DNA of 64,000 bases, from contig JBAWFN010000069.1 of assembly GCA_049591935.1 (NCBI GenBank), forward strand, positions 34,139 to 98,138, read 5' to 3'. A program made the position numbers and the translations under genes. This document shows, in pieces, positions 43,913 through 54,500 of this stretch. Source of the DNA: Terriglobales bacterium (GTDB taxonomy: Bacteria > Acidobacteriota > Terriglobia > Terriglobales > Acidobacteriaceae). Numbering within the stretch: position 1 is the stretch's first letter; every line of letters begins with the position of its first letter. The notes under the pieces are model-generated. The model did no database searches and was not told the origin of the DNA. It saw nothing but the letters and a program-made list of their open reading frames with translations.

Positions 43913-44866
43913 CTAAATTCCGCCTTCAAAAATCTTCTTCGACAAATAGCGTTCGGCGGAGTCGGGGATCATCGTGACCACCTTTTTCCCCGAACCCAAC
44001 TGCTTGGCGATCTGCAAAGATGCGAAAACGTTGGCGCCCCCGCTCGATCCTGACAATACTCCCTCACGTGCGGCCAACTGCTTCACCATACTGAAAGCGT
44101 CGACATCGTTGACCATCAGGACTTCGTCGCACACCGAGCGGTCGAAGTTCTTGGGAATGAAGCTGGCCCCGATCCCTTCCACTTTGTGTGGGCCGGGTCG
44201 ACCGCCCCCCAGAACCGAGCCCTGGGTCTCGACGGCAAAAGCCAAGACTTTGGGAAGATGGTCTTTGAGATAACGCGCGATGCCGGTAAAGGTGCCGGCG
44301 GTGCCGGCGCCGATTACCACGGCGTCGATCTGTCCATCCATTTGTTCGAAGATTTCCTGAGCGGTGGTCTGGTAGTGGTAATCAGGATTGGCGGAATTCT
44401 CAAACTGCGCGGCCATGAAGGCGTTGGGATTGCCGGCGGCAAGTTCCTGGGCGCGCTTGATGGCACCCTGCATGCCCTCAGCGTCCGGGGTGCGTGTGAC
44501 CTCGGCGCCGAGGGCACGCATGATCATGACTTTTTCCTCCGAAAAGCGCTCGGGGACGAACAGCGCGACTTTATAGCCACGGTTTACGCCGATCAGTGCC
44601 AGGCCAATGCCGGTGTTGCCGGCGGTGGCTTCGATGATCGTTCCACCGGGCTTGAGCTTTCCCTCAGCCTCGGCGCGCTGGATGATGCCAATGGCGGCGC
44701 GGTCTTTCACGCTGCCGCCGGGATTCAAGTATTCCAGCTTGGCGTAGACGGCGGCGGACGTGGCGGGAACAATCTTTCTCAGTTTGAGGATGGGAGTTTC
44801 GCCAACCAGTTGGGTGATGTCGTCGGCTACCTGCAAGCGGCTTCGCTCGATGAGCGTCTTGTGCAC
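43913..44866 (-). CDS. cysteine synthase / cystathionine beta-synthase-family PLP enzyme
   Basis: 317-aa ORF. PLP-lysine LNPGGSVKDRAA, EATAGNTGIGLA, GTAGTFTG loop. Confidence 0.85.
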   Translation of the reverse strand: MHKTLIERSRLQVADDITQLVGETPILKLRKIVPATSAAVYAKLEYLNPGGSVKDRAAIGIIQRAEAEGKLKPGGTIIEATAGNTGIGLALIGVNRGYKVALFVPERFSEEKVMIMRALGAEVTRTPDAEGMQGAIKRAQELAAGNPNAFMAAQFENSANPDYHYQTTAQEIFEQMDGQIDAVVIGAGTAGTFTGIARYLKDHLPKVLAFAVETQGSVLGGGRPGPHKVEGIGASFIPKNFDRSVCDEVLMVNDVDAFSMVKQLAAREGVLSGSSGGANVFASLQIAKQLGSGKKVVTMIPDSAERYLSKKIFEGGI

Positions 44867-44947
44867 TCCTTAGAGTACGGAAGGCGGAGCAAAAGCGTCA
44901 ATTGCACGAAGGTAGGGGCACGTTGGAAGACCCGCAAAACCTTGAAT

Positions 44948-44985
44948 CGCAGAGTTCGCAGAGAAAAGCCGCAGAGAACGCGGAG
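44948..44985 (+). repeat. phased heptamer element CGCAGAG-N2-CGCAGAG-N6-CGCAGAG-N2-CGCGGAG
   Basis: Heptamer starts at 44948, 44957, 44970 and 44979 (spacing 9/13/9). The architecture is identical to 48672-48709. Confidence 0.5.
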
Positions 44986-44990
44986 AAAAT

Positions 44991-45977
44991 CTAGCGCGAC
45001 TGCTCCTGGCCGGGGTAGTAACCGCTGCGGGTCCTGACTACGAGCTTCTTGTAGCCTTTGGCGTGGGCCTCGACTTTGATGGTGCGGTAGCCGCCAGCGC
45101 TCTTGGGGGTGGTGGGCTTGTAGCCAATGGTGTACTGGCTGCGGATGTCGTGAGCGACGGCGCTGCTGATCTCGTCCACTTCTGCGAGCGTCTTAGGCAG
45201 GAAGGCGATGCCGCCCGTGGCTTGAGCCACGGTTTCCAGAGCTCGCCGCGCGCGGCGGGCTCTTTCTTCACCCAGCAGTCCGATGGCGTATACCGATGGG
45301 CCATTTTCCTGTTGCAGATTGCGGACGGTCTCCTCCAGAGTTTCGCGGCTGGCGTTGTCTTCACCGTCGGTGACCACGAACAGCACCTTCTTTTGCAGCC
45401 GGGCGTGGGCTTTCATTTCATTCGAGGTCGCAACGATGGCGTCGTACAGGGCAGTGCCGCCCCGTGCTTCCACTTTTTCGAGAGCTTGTTTTAGCAGGGG
45501 CAGCTTGTTGGTGAAGGGCTGATCGAGGTAGTACTCGTCATTAAAATTGACCACGCAAACTTCGTCATGGGGGTTGCTGGCGCGGACCAGATTCAGGGCG
45601 GCCTTATTCACCTGTTCGCGCTTCTCCCGCATGGAGCCGGAGTTGTCAATCACAATGCACATGGAGACCGGGATATCTTCCTGGCGAAACGAAGTCATGG
45701 TCTGAGGGTGGCCGTTTTCAAGCACGGTGAAAGCGGTCTTCGGGAGGTTCATCACCATGTGGTTCCGGTCATCGACAACGGTGGCGTGCACGGCCACTTC
45801 TTCCACGTCTTTCTTGAAGACAAAGATGCCGTTCTCCTCGCTGGGCGCTGAATTTTGGGGCTGCTGGCTCTCGGTTGGAGGAGAAGCGGGGGCAGGTGCG
45901 CTCTGGGTTTGTGCCGCCGGAGTAAGAGAAAGAAAAATGATCAGCAGGGCCAGCCAACGATCATTCGGAAGGCGCAT
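44991..45977 (-). CDS. secreted von Willebrand factor A domain protein
   Basis: 328-aa ORF. Signal peptide. MIDAS IVIDNSGSM. Paralogue of the next gene. Confidence 0.8.
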   Translation of the reverse strand: MRLPNDRWLALLIIFLSLTPAAQTQSAPAPASPPTESQQPQNSAPSEENGIFVFKKDVEEVAVHATVVDDRNHMVMNLPKTAFTVLENGHPQTMTSFRQEDIPVSMCIVIDNSGSMREKREQVNKAALNLVRASNPHDEVCVVNFNDEYYLDQPFTNKLPLLKQALEKVEARGGTALYDAIVATSNEMKAHARLQKKVLFVVTDGEDNASRETLEETVRNLQQENGPSVYAIGLLGEERARRARRALETVAQATGGIAFLPKTLAEVDEISSAVAHDIRSQYTIGYKPTTPKSAGGYRTIKVEAHAKGYKKLVVRTRSGYYPGQEQSR

Positions 45978-46977
45978 AGTATCCCGTTTTGGCGTAAACC
46001 CGGAGCGGCGGCAAGCCTTTGGGCGGAATCAGCTTCACTTTTATTTTACGCCATTTGCCGTCATGTCCAGGGTACTTGGGACGGTAACCCAGCACATACT
46101 GGTTGCGCAGTTCGATGCCAATCTTAGTGGCCACATCGGCGAGATCGTTAGGATTGTCGATGGTAAAGGCACGGCCGCCGGTGATTTCCGTAATGTCAGA
46201 AAGCAGAGCCGGCCCCGAGGCTTCCTCGGGCGTGGCCATGTAGTGGTCGTAGATGCCGATGGCGTAGATCATCACGTCGGCTTCCCGGACTGTGGACTTG
46301 ATTTCGCCTTCGGTGTAGCGGCTATGGTTGTCGCCGCCGTCGGAGATGATGAGCAGCGCCTTCTTGGGATACTTTGCCTGACGCATCTTGCTGACGCCGA
46401 GATAAATGCCGTCGAGCAGCGCGGTCCGTCCCTTGGGGACGGTGTAGACCAGTTTGCCCTGGATGTCTTCGACCGAAGAGGTGAAATCGGAGACTTCCTC
46501 CGGTTTGTCGGCAAAGGTGATCATGAAGAACTCATCCTGGGGATTGGCGGTCTTGAAGAATTCGATCACGGCTTCGCGGGCGCGTTCGATCTTGCTGCTC
46601 ATGCTGCCGCTCATGTCGAAAATCACGCCGATTGAGACCGGCGCGTCTTCACTGGAAAACGATTTCAGTTCCTGCTGATCTTTGTTCTCGAAGATCTCAA
46701 AATTTTCCTTGTCGAGGCCGGTGACCAGGCGATTCATGGGATCGGTAATCGTGACCGGGATCAGCACCAGGCTGACATCGACTTTCATGGGGCGGACGTG
46801 GGTGCGAAGAGAGGGATCGACGGAAGCCAGCGGATCGGGCTTGGCTGGCTCAACCCGGGGAGCGACGTGCACATCTTCGATGGAAACTTGAGCGTGAGCG
46901 CAGATACCCGCAACGCAGGCCAAAGTCATGGCGAGAACGAGGGCAGCAACCGGGAATCGTCCGTTAGAGCCAGACAT
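45961..46977 (-). CDS. secreted von Willebrand factor A domain protein (paralogue)
   Basis: Start taken at MSGSNGRFPVAALVLAMTLAC (complement of 46975-46977). MIDAS VIFDMSGSM. Its 3' end overlaps the start of the downstream paralogue by 17 nt. Confidence 0.8.
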   Translation of the reverse strand: MSGSNGRFPVAALVLAMTLACVAGICAHAQVSIEDVHVAPRVEPAKPDPLASVDPSLRTHVRPMKVDVSLVLIPVTITDPMNRLVTGLDKENFEIFENKDQQELKSFSSEDAPVSIGVIFDMSGSMSSKIERAREAVIEFFKTANPQDEFFMITFADKPEEVSDFTSSVEDIQGKLVYTVPKGRTALLDGIYLGVSKMRQAKYPKKALLIISDGGDNHSRYTEGEIKSTVREADVMIYAIGIYDHYMATPEEASGPALLSDITEITGGRAFTIDNPNDLADVATKIGIELRNQYVLGYRPKYPGHDGKWRKIKVKLIPPKGLPPLRVYAKTGYYAPSE

Positions 46978-47291
46978 AACTCTGCTCAGAATCCTGGGAG
47001 GAGCTGACTGGGAGCCGTCTTTGGTCAGGGGCGAGATGACCCGCTCCGCCCACAAAGGCGGGCCACAAGAACCTCACTGGGGCTGATCGTATCACAGGCG
47101 AGTGGTCGCAGTAACAGGCTTTTTTTCGGAAGTGGGATGGGTCTTTTTCGCGAGAGTTGGGTCACGCCTGGTCTCTTACTCCCTTACCACTGGGTTGTCA
47201 GAATCTATGAAATTCTGGAACCGAAGCTGCCGGATCGCCCAGTCCGAGGTGGATGTGCGTTAAGGGTTTAGTAGAATGGCAGGTTCAGTCC

Positions 47292-48620
47292 ATGGCCCAC
47301 ATCGCTCCCTTTCGAGCTCTGCGATACGACCCGGCACGGGTAGATCTCGCGAGTGTCGTAACCCAGCCGTACGACAAAATCACGCCGGAAATGCAGGAGC
47401 GCTACTACGCGGCCAGTCCGCATAATCTGGTGCGCATCATCCTGGGGAAGCGGGAAGCCAACGATGATGCGGGAGAGAACACTTACACCCGGGCGGCAGC
47501 CTATTTTCGAGATTGGCGGCGGCAAGGGGTCTTTCTGCCAGAAGCTCAGCCCTCGATTTACAGCTATGTGCAGCATTTCACGGTTCCCGGGGGAGGCAAG
47601 GAACTGGAGCGTCGCGGATTCATTGCGCTGGGGGAACTGGAGGACTACTCCGACGGCGTGGTGTTTCGTCATGAGCAGACGCTGGCGAAACCCAAAGCTG
47701 ACCGGCTGGATTTGTTACGGGCCACGCGGGCGCACTTTGGACAGCTGTTTATGCTGTACAGCGATGCGACGGGGGAGATTGATGGTCTGCTGGCTGCGGC
47801 CGCGGCAGCGCCGGAGATTGAGACCCGTGACGAATATGGAGTTCGGCACCAAGTGTCGAAAATTTCCGATCCCAGCCTGGTTAACCTGGTCCGCAGCAAG
47901 ATGCGGGACAAGAAACTAATCATTGCGGATGGGCACCATCGCTATGAAACCGCGCTGAACTATCGCAACGAACGCCGGAGTACGGCGGATACGGCTCCCC
48001 CATGGGCAGGCGGGTTCTCCTCCGAAATTCCGCCGTACGAGATGGTGATGATGACGTTTGTCAATATGGATAGCCCAGGTTTGCTGATCCTGCCAACCCA
48101 CCGGGTGGTGCACGGGCTGGCAGGGTTCACGGCAGAGGGGCTACGGCAGAAGGCCAGCGAGTTTTTCAGCGTGGAAGAGGTAGATTCGGCGGTGGACGCT
48201 ACCCGGGCGGGTGGAATTCTCCGCGAGGCCGGACGCTCGGGGACCGCGTTGATGGCGGTAACTGCGGATCGAGTGTTTCTCCTGGATACTCCCAAGGCGG
48301 CTAGATCCAACCTCTTTAGCGGGCTTTCGGTCCGGCAACAGGCCTTGGATGTGGTTCAGTTGCACAGGTGCCTGTTGGAAGGCGTGCTGGGGATTTCTGA
48401 GGAGGCAATTCGCAATCAGCAAAATATCAGCTATGTACGGGATGCAGAAGAAGCCATGGCCCGAGTGCGATCAGGCGGGGCGCAGGTGGCCTTCCTTATG
48501 AATCCGGTACGCATGCGGCAGGTGCGGGACATTGCATTTGCGGGCGAGGTTTTGCCGCAAAAATCAACTGACTTTTATCCCAAGCTGCTTAGCGGGTTGA
48601 CGATTTATGCGCTGGAGTAG
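47292..48620 (+). CDS. DUF1015-family protein
   Basis: MAHIAPFRALRYDPARVDLASVVTQPYDKITPEMQ...IIADGHHRYETAL is the characteristic DUF1015 N-terminus plus the GHHR block. Confidence 0.8.
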   Translation: MAHIAPFRALRYDPARVDLASVVTQPYDKITPEMQERYYAASPHNLVRIILGKREANDDAGENTYTRAAAYFRDWRRQGVFLPEAQPSIYSYVQHFTVPGGGKELERRGFIALGELEDYSDGVVFRHEQTLAKPKADRLDLLRATRAHFGQLFMLYSDATGEIDGLLAAAAAAPEIETRDEYGVRHQVSKISDPSLVNLVRSKMRDKKLIIADGHHRYETALNYRNERRSTADTAPPWAGGFSSEIPPYEMVMMTFVNMDSPGLLILPTHRVVHGLAGFTAEGLRQKASEFFSVEEVDSAVDATRAGGILREAGRSGTALMAVTADRVFLLDTPKAARSNLFSGLSVRQQALDVVQLHRCLLEGVLGISEEAIRNQQNISYVRDAEEAMARVRSGGAQVAFLMNPVRMRQVRDIAFAGEVLPQKSTDFYPKLLSGLTIYALE

Positions 48621-48671
48621 GCAGATCAGCAAGGGGGCGGCAAATGGGGTCAGGCGGCGAGACCCTTTAAC

Positions 48672-48709
48672 CGCAAAGTTCGCAAAGGGCGACCGCCAAG
48701 GACGCTGAG
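48672..48709 (+). repeat. phased heptamer element CGCAAAG-N2-CGCAAAG-N6-CGCCAAG-N2-CGCTGAG
   Basis: Heptamer starts at 48672, 48681, 48694 and 48703 (spacing 9/13/9). Intergenic, downstream of the DUF1015 gene. Confidence 0.5.
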
Positions 48710-48752
48710 AAAACCGTACACCAGCCAGGGGTCGCGCCATCATGGACGTGTC

Positions 48753-50198
48753 TTGACCACTACAACCGGCGGCATCGTAAGTTCGGGGCGTCATGGACTG
48801 ACGCGCGTCGCAATGGCCGTTCTGCTTACCATGGCATCGGTGGTCTTGCTTGGATCTCCCGAGGAGAAGCGTGTCTCCATCTATTCGACCATTGCCAACT
48901 ATTCACTTGCCGTGGTGGAGCGGAACAAGGTGGATTACGTGGGTCTGCTGGAAGTGCTCGAGCCTCTGGGCACGGTGAGCGCCCGGGTGAATGGAGATCA
49001 CTGGCGGCTCCGCTATAACGACACCGATGTTGAATTCACCGCGAACGGGCGTGGAGCGCGCGCTCGCGGTACGGATTTCTACCTGTCTGCGAATTTCGTT
49101 CGGGAAGGCGGCCGGGGATTGGTTCCACTGACAGACCTCAGCAGTCTACTCTCACGTATTCTTGGCGGGCCCGTGACCTTCAATCCCAGCGCGCGGCGTC
49201 TGTTTGTGGGCAATGTTGCCGTCCACTTCACTGCCCAGGTCAGTAATAGTGGACCGCCCAAACTGATCATGAACTTCACTTCGCCGGTGAACCCGACCAT
49301 CGCCACCGAGCCGGGAAGGCTGCGGATGACGTTCCGTCACGACGCGGTGGTGGCGCCCAGCTCTCCGAAACTTACCTTTAACAGCACAGCGATTACCTCC
49401 GCCAGCTTTCTGGAGAGCAACGGTGAGGCTGAGGTGGTGATCACCGCGAGTGTCCCGGTGCTGGCCAGCTTCAGCAACAACGGACGCACGATCACCGTGG
49501 AACCACCGCCTTCGGCTGCGACCGCGGCGCAGATCGCGCCTGCGGTTGCACCTGCGCCACCCGTAGGGCCTGCGATTGTTACCAACGCCCCCGTCCCCGC
49601 TGCCATACAGTACTTTGCCGTGGTCGACGCCAGCCACGGAGGCGACGAGCGAGGTGCTGCGCTCACCGAGCAGTTGGCGGAAAAAGACGTCACTTTGGCT
49701 TTCGCGCGGCTCCTCCGGCAGGAACTCGACAACCGCGGGCTGCGCACGCTTCTGGTTCGCGATGCGGATACCACGCTGACTCTCGATCAGCGCGCAGCCA
49801 TGACTAATTCTGCGGCCCCTGCCATCTATCTCTCCGTGCATGCGGCATCGCAGGGGACGGGGGTGCGGCTGTACACAGGGTTGACTGCGTCGGGTGGAGA
49901 GAACATCGGCGCATTTGTTGATTGGGATACAGCCCAGGCTCCATTTCAAGCGCTGAGCGATGCGGCTGCGACCAGCGTGGCAGCGGCGCTGCACGGTAAG
50001 CAACTTGCGGTTCGGACGTTGATGGCCCCACTACGACCGCTGAACAACATCGCCACGGCCGCGGTGGCGATAGAGATCGCTCCCCCAGCCGGCGACGTTG
50101 CCAAGCTGGACTCGGCAGCTTACCAGCAGCCGATCGCGGCCGCAGTGGCTGCCGGCGTGGCCGACGCGCGAGACCGACTCCAGGCGGCACGGAAATGA
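48753..50198 (+). CDS. N-acetylmuramoyl-L-alanine amidase (AMIN-like N-domain plus Amidase_3)
   Basis: C-terminal YFAVVDASHGGDERGA...EKDVTLAFARLLRQEL...AIYLSVHA is Amidase_3. The track start is TTG. ATG at 48813 (MAVLLTMASVVLL) is an alternative. Confidence 0.8.
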   Translation: MTTTTGGIVSSGRHGLTRVAMAVLLTMASVVLLGSPEEKRVSIYSTIANYSLAVVERNKVDYVGLLEVLEPLGTVSARVNGDHWRLRYNDTDVEFTANGRGARARGTDFYLSANFVREGGRGLVPLTDLSSLLSRILGGPVTFNPSARRLFVGNVAVHFTAQVSNSGPPKLIMNFTSPVNPTIATEPGRLRMTFRHDAVVAPSSPKLTFNSTAITSASFLESNGEAEVVITASVPVLASFSNNGRTITVEPPPSAATAAQIAPAVAPAPPVGPAIVTNAPVPAAIQYFAVVDASHGGDERGAALTEQLAEKDVTLAFARLLRQELDNRGLRTLLVRDADTTLTLDQRAAMTNSAAPAIYLSVHAASQGTGVRLYTGLTASGGENIGAFVDWDTAQAPFQALSDAAATSVAAALHGKQLAVRTLMAPLRPLNNIATAAVAIEIAPPAGDVAKLDSAAYQQPIAAAVAAGVADARDRLQAARK

Positions 50199-50788
50199 TT
50201 CCACGTCACCTCATACTGGGCGCGGTTGTCATGATCCTTCTGGCGCTGGGCATGAGTTTTTACGCATGGCACATGCGCGGGGGCGCGAGCCAGCCCGAAA
50301 CCGCATCCACCCAGCCGGTGGCGCCGCCGGTTTCGGGGCCCACGGAAGCGGTGACCCTGTATGTGGCATACGATGATGGCGGAATCCTGCGAGCGCAGTC
50401 GGCGCGGATCCCGCTGCCTGCGGGACGCCAGGAGCGGGCGGAAGAATTGCTGCGCGCTCTGCTCAATATCTATCTTGATAAATCTTCTCCTCACGTGCTG
50501 GCGGCCGGTTCGGAGGTGCGCGACGTTTATCTGGTCGAACCCGGGCTGGCGGTGATTGATCTCAATGCAGCCTTCGCGGATGGCCATCGCTCTGGGGTCT
50601 TGATTGAAGAACTGACTGTGGTTTCGCTGGTGGAGACGCTCTCGGCCAACATTCCGGGAATCGCGCGGGCGAGAATCCTGGTGGATGGCAAGGAGCGCGA
50701 CACGCTGGCCGGACATCTGGATCTAACGAATTTCTACGATGTTACCGCCTTTTCTCAACTGGCCCTGCAACTACAGAGCGAGCGCTGA
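50195..50788 (+). CDS. GerMN-domain protein
   Basis: 197-aa ORF. N-terminal TM. ...[11 protein letters not shown]...[21 protein letters not shown]...[38 protein letters not shown]. 4-nt overlap with the amidase gene. Confidence 0.7.
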   Translation: MIPRHLILGAVVMILLALGMSFYAWHMRGGASQPETASTQPVAPPVSGPTEAVTLYVAYDDGGILRAQSARIPLPAGRQERAEELLRALLNIYLDKSSPHVLAAGSEVRDVYLVEPGLAVIDLNAAFADGHRSGVLIEELTVVSLVETLSANIPGIARARILVDGKERDTLAGHLDLTNFYDVTAFSQLALQLQSER

Positions 50789-50823
50789 GCAGTCCCCGCC
50801 GTCATCATTTACAATCGCCGCCT

Positions 50824-51561
50824 ATGGTTTATCGCTCAGATAATCGCACCGCCGACCAACTCCGGCCGGTCAAGCTCCTTCCGGACTACATCAATACAGC
50901 AGAAGGCTCAGTCCTTATCGAAGTAGGGAACACGCGGGTGATCTGTACCGCTTCGATCGAAGAAACCGTACCGCAATTCATGCGCAACACCGGCAAGGGT
51001 TGGATCACAGCCGAGTACAGCATGTTGCCGCGCGCCACCCTGACCCGCACTCCGCGGGAAGTGAACAAAGGCAGACCGAGCGGACGGACTCATGAGATTC
51101 AGAGGCTGATTGGGCGTTCCCTGCGGGCGGTGACCGACCTGGGACGGCTCGGCGAACGCACCATCTGGATTGATTGCGACGTGATTCAGGCCGATGGGGG
51201 CACGCGCACGGCTTCCATTACCGGGGCGTTTGTGGCGCTGGGGCTGGCGTTCGAGAAACTGGTGGAGGCAGGCACGCTGACTTCCGCTCCGCTGCGTGAT
51301 TTTATTGCGGCGGTGAGTGTGGGAATTGTGGATGGCGAAATCCTGCTCGATCTTGCTTATGAAGAGGACTCCCGTGCCGATGTAGACATGAATTTCGTCA
51401 TGACGGCCGGGCACAAACTGGTGGAAGTGCAGGCGACGGCCGAGCATCAGGTGTTCGATGAAGCGCAGTTGCAGAAAATGCTGGCGCTGGCCCGCCAGGG
51501 TGTGCAGTCGCTGATTGCCAAACAGCAGGCGATTTTAGGGACGCTGACGTTGAGGCAGTAG
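50824..51561 (+). CDS. rph: ribonuclease PH
   Basis: [41 protein letters not shown]...[13 protein letters not shown]...[19 protein letters not shown]. Confidence 0.92.
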   Translation: MVYRSDNRTADQLRPVKLLPDYINTAEGSVLIEVGNTRVICTASIEETVPQFMRNTGKGWITAEYSMLPRATLTRTPREVNKGRPSGRTHEIQRLIGRSLRAVTDLGRLGERTIWIDCDVIQADGGTRTASITGAFVALGLAFEKLVEAGTLTSAPLRDFIAAVSVGIVDGEILLDLAYEEDSRADVDMNFVMTAGHKLVEVQATAEHQVFDEAQLQKMLALARQGVQSLIAKQQAILGTLTLRQ

Positions 51562-51577
51562 GAGTTCTCGCCTGTGT

Positions 51578-54500
51578 CTACACCTGCAGCACATCCCCCT
51601 CCCGCGCCACCATCTCGTACAACACGGGATTCACGAAGAAGCCAATGAACAGGCGGGAGATGAGCCCGGCCACGATGACGATGGCGAATGGCCGTTGCGT
51701 ATCCGACCCGATGCCGGTAGAAAGCGCCGCTGGGAGCAGTCCGAGGCAGGCAACCAGAGCGGTCATCATGATGGGACGAAGCCGCAACAGCGAAGCTTCC
51801 CGGGTGGCGGCGCGGATTCCCATGCCTTCCTGCCGCAGCTTGTTAATGTAAGAGACGAGAATCACCGCCGTCTCCACCGAAACTCCGAGCAACGCCAGAA
51901 GACCCAGGACGGAGGAAACACTGAAAGGCGTGTGAGTGAGCTTCAGGGCAACCAGCGCGCCCACCGGTTCGGTCATAATTACGCCCAGGGCAATGGTGAC
52001 CGGGAATTTGAAATTTCCGTAGAGCGCGAACAAGATCATGAAAATTATCACTACGGCAAGTGGACCGATAAAGTACATCTGCGATTTGGCTTCGAGAAAC
52101 TGGCTGTATTCGCCGCCCCATTCCATCCGGTAGCCTTGGGGCAGTGTCACAGCCTTCTTGACTGCGGCTTGGGCGTCTCGCACTCCCCGTTCCAAGTCAC
52201 GGCCTTCGATGCTGTACTGCACGCCGATGTAGCGCGAATTGTTTTCGCGATAGATAAAGGACGCGCCGTTTCCCTGGCCGATATTGGCGAGCTGGCTGAG
52301 TGGGATCTGCTGGCCGTCGGGTGTGCCCACCAACAGATTTCCGATGTCATGCGCACTGCTGCGGAATTGGGGTTGCATGCGGACCACCAGATCGAACAAC
52401 TTCTCCCCTTGAATGACTTGCGTGACCGCTTGTCCGCCGACTGCTGCGGAAATCACAGCTTCCACATCGGCGACGTTGATGCCATAGCGGGCAATCTTGT
52501 CCCGGTCAACGTCAACCAGAAGGCTGGGCTGGCCAAGTTCCCGCACTACCGTCAGATCGGTGAATCCGGGCACCTTGGCGAGAGTGTTCTTGATCTGGAT
52601 GGCTCTGTCCTGCAGCACGTTCAGGTCGTCACCATACACTTTGACCGCCAAGGAACTCTTGAGGCCGGTGAGGGCTTCATCCACCGCATCTTCCGCGGGC
52701 TGAGTGTAGTTGAAAATAATTCCCGGGAAGGCAGAGAGTTTCTTATTAAGGGATTCGATGAGCTGCTTTTTCTCTCGGATGTCGCCGGTCCAGGCCTTGT
52801 CCTTGTAGGGCTTCAGGCCGACGTAAAATTCGCAGTTGAAAAAGCCAGTGGGATCGGTGCCATCGTCGGGCCGGCCTAACTCCGAGCCCACCACCGTGAC
52901 CTGTGGATACGCCATCAGAATGTCGCGGATCTGAGGGGCGATGCTGCTGGCCTCTTCAAAGGAAATGGTGTAAGGCATGGTCGCACGCACCCAGAGCGCG
53001 CCTTCATCGAGATGAGGCATGAACTCGCCGCCGATGAAAGGAACCAGCAGCAGAGTAGCCCCGAAGATCAAGGCCGCGATCGCGATGGTGGCCTTGGGAC
53101 GAGCCAGCGCCCAATCCAATTGGCCTGCATATTTCTGTTTCATCCATTCGAAGGCACGGTTGGGTTTCTCGCGCACACCGCCCTTGAACCAGTAGGAAGC
53201 CAGCACCGGGATCAGGGTGAGGGTCAGGATGAGCGCGCCGACCAGGGCGAAGGACATGGTTTCGGCCATGGGGTGAAATAGCTTCCCTGAGGCGCCGGTC
53301 AAGGCGTAAATCGGCAGATAACCTGCAAGAATGACGGCCACCGAATAAAAGATCGGGCGATCCACATCCTTGGCGGCGGCAAGAATGACCTGGTTCAGGT
53401 TGTACTGTTGTCCCTCGCGCAGGGCCAACTCGCGGTAAATGTTTTCAATCATGACCACGGTGCCGTCAATGACGATGCCGAAATCAATCGCTCCAATGGA
53501 AAGCAAATTCGCGGCAACGTCGTGCGCGTGCAGCACGATGAAAGCAAACAAAAGCGAGAGTGGAATGGTAAGGGCGACAATGACGGCAGCGCGGAAGCTG
53601 ACCAGAAAGAAAATCAGGACGATCAGAACCAGAACCATGCCGCGAAGCAGGTTGGCCTCCACGGTGTCGGTAGTCAGGGCCACCAGTTCGCTGCGATCGT
53701 AATAGGGGTGAATCTTGACGTCGGGTGGGAGGATTTGGCGGTTCAGTTCCTCGGTTTTCGCCTCCACCCCTTTCAGTACGTTCTGGGTCTGCTCGCCGCG
53801 CAGCATGAGAATGACACCCTCAACGGCGTCGTCATTTTTCTGGAAGCCGAATTCGCCGAGGCGCGGCGCGTGCCCGATGGCGACATCTCCTATATCACGC
53901 ACGCGGATGGGCACGCCCTTGTTGGCGCCGACCACGATGTTTCCAATGTCATCGGTGTTGCGTACCAGACCGATGCCGCGAACATAGTAGAACTGCCCAC
54001 CCTGAGAATAGAATCCGCCGCCGGCGTTCGAGTTGTTGGCAGACAGAGCGGCGACGACTTGCGGAATCGTCAGGTGGTAACCGTAAATGCGCGCCGGGTC
54101 GAGGAGGACCTGATATTGCATTACGGTTCCGCCGAAGCCGGAGTCGTCCGCCACACCGTGCACCGACCGATAGGCACGCTCGATCACCCAGTCTTCGATA
54201 GTCTTTAACTCCTGTGGCGAGCGGTCGGGGCTTTCGAGCACATAGCGATACACCAGGCCGCTGGGGCTGAACAGCGGAGCGAGGCTCGGGGTCACCCCGG
54301 TGGGCAAGGTGGCTTGAGCGAGCCGTTCAAAAACGATCTGACGCGCAAAGTAGTCGTTGGTGCTTTCCTCGAAGGTTAGGATCAGATCGGAGAGACCATA
54401 GAGCGAGATGGAACGCATGACCACCATGTGGGGGACGCCGTTCATCTCCAGTTCAAGGGGAAGCGTAACCAGGCGCTCGACTTCTTCGGCGGCGTGGTCT

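Noticed and set aside
44186-45037. 283-aa plus-strand ORF
   Set aside because: It is antisense to the cysteine-synthase-like gene.
45727-46635. 302-aa plus-strand ORF
   Set aside because: It is antisense to the two VWA genes.
49152-50003. 283-aa minus-strand ORF
   Set aside because: It is antisense to the amidase gene and is Arg-rich.
51695-54208. Plus-strand ORFs of 394 and 266 aa
   Set aside because: They are antisense to the 1027-aa RND pump gene.
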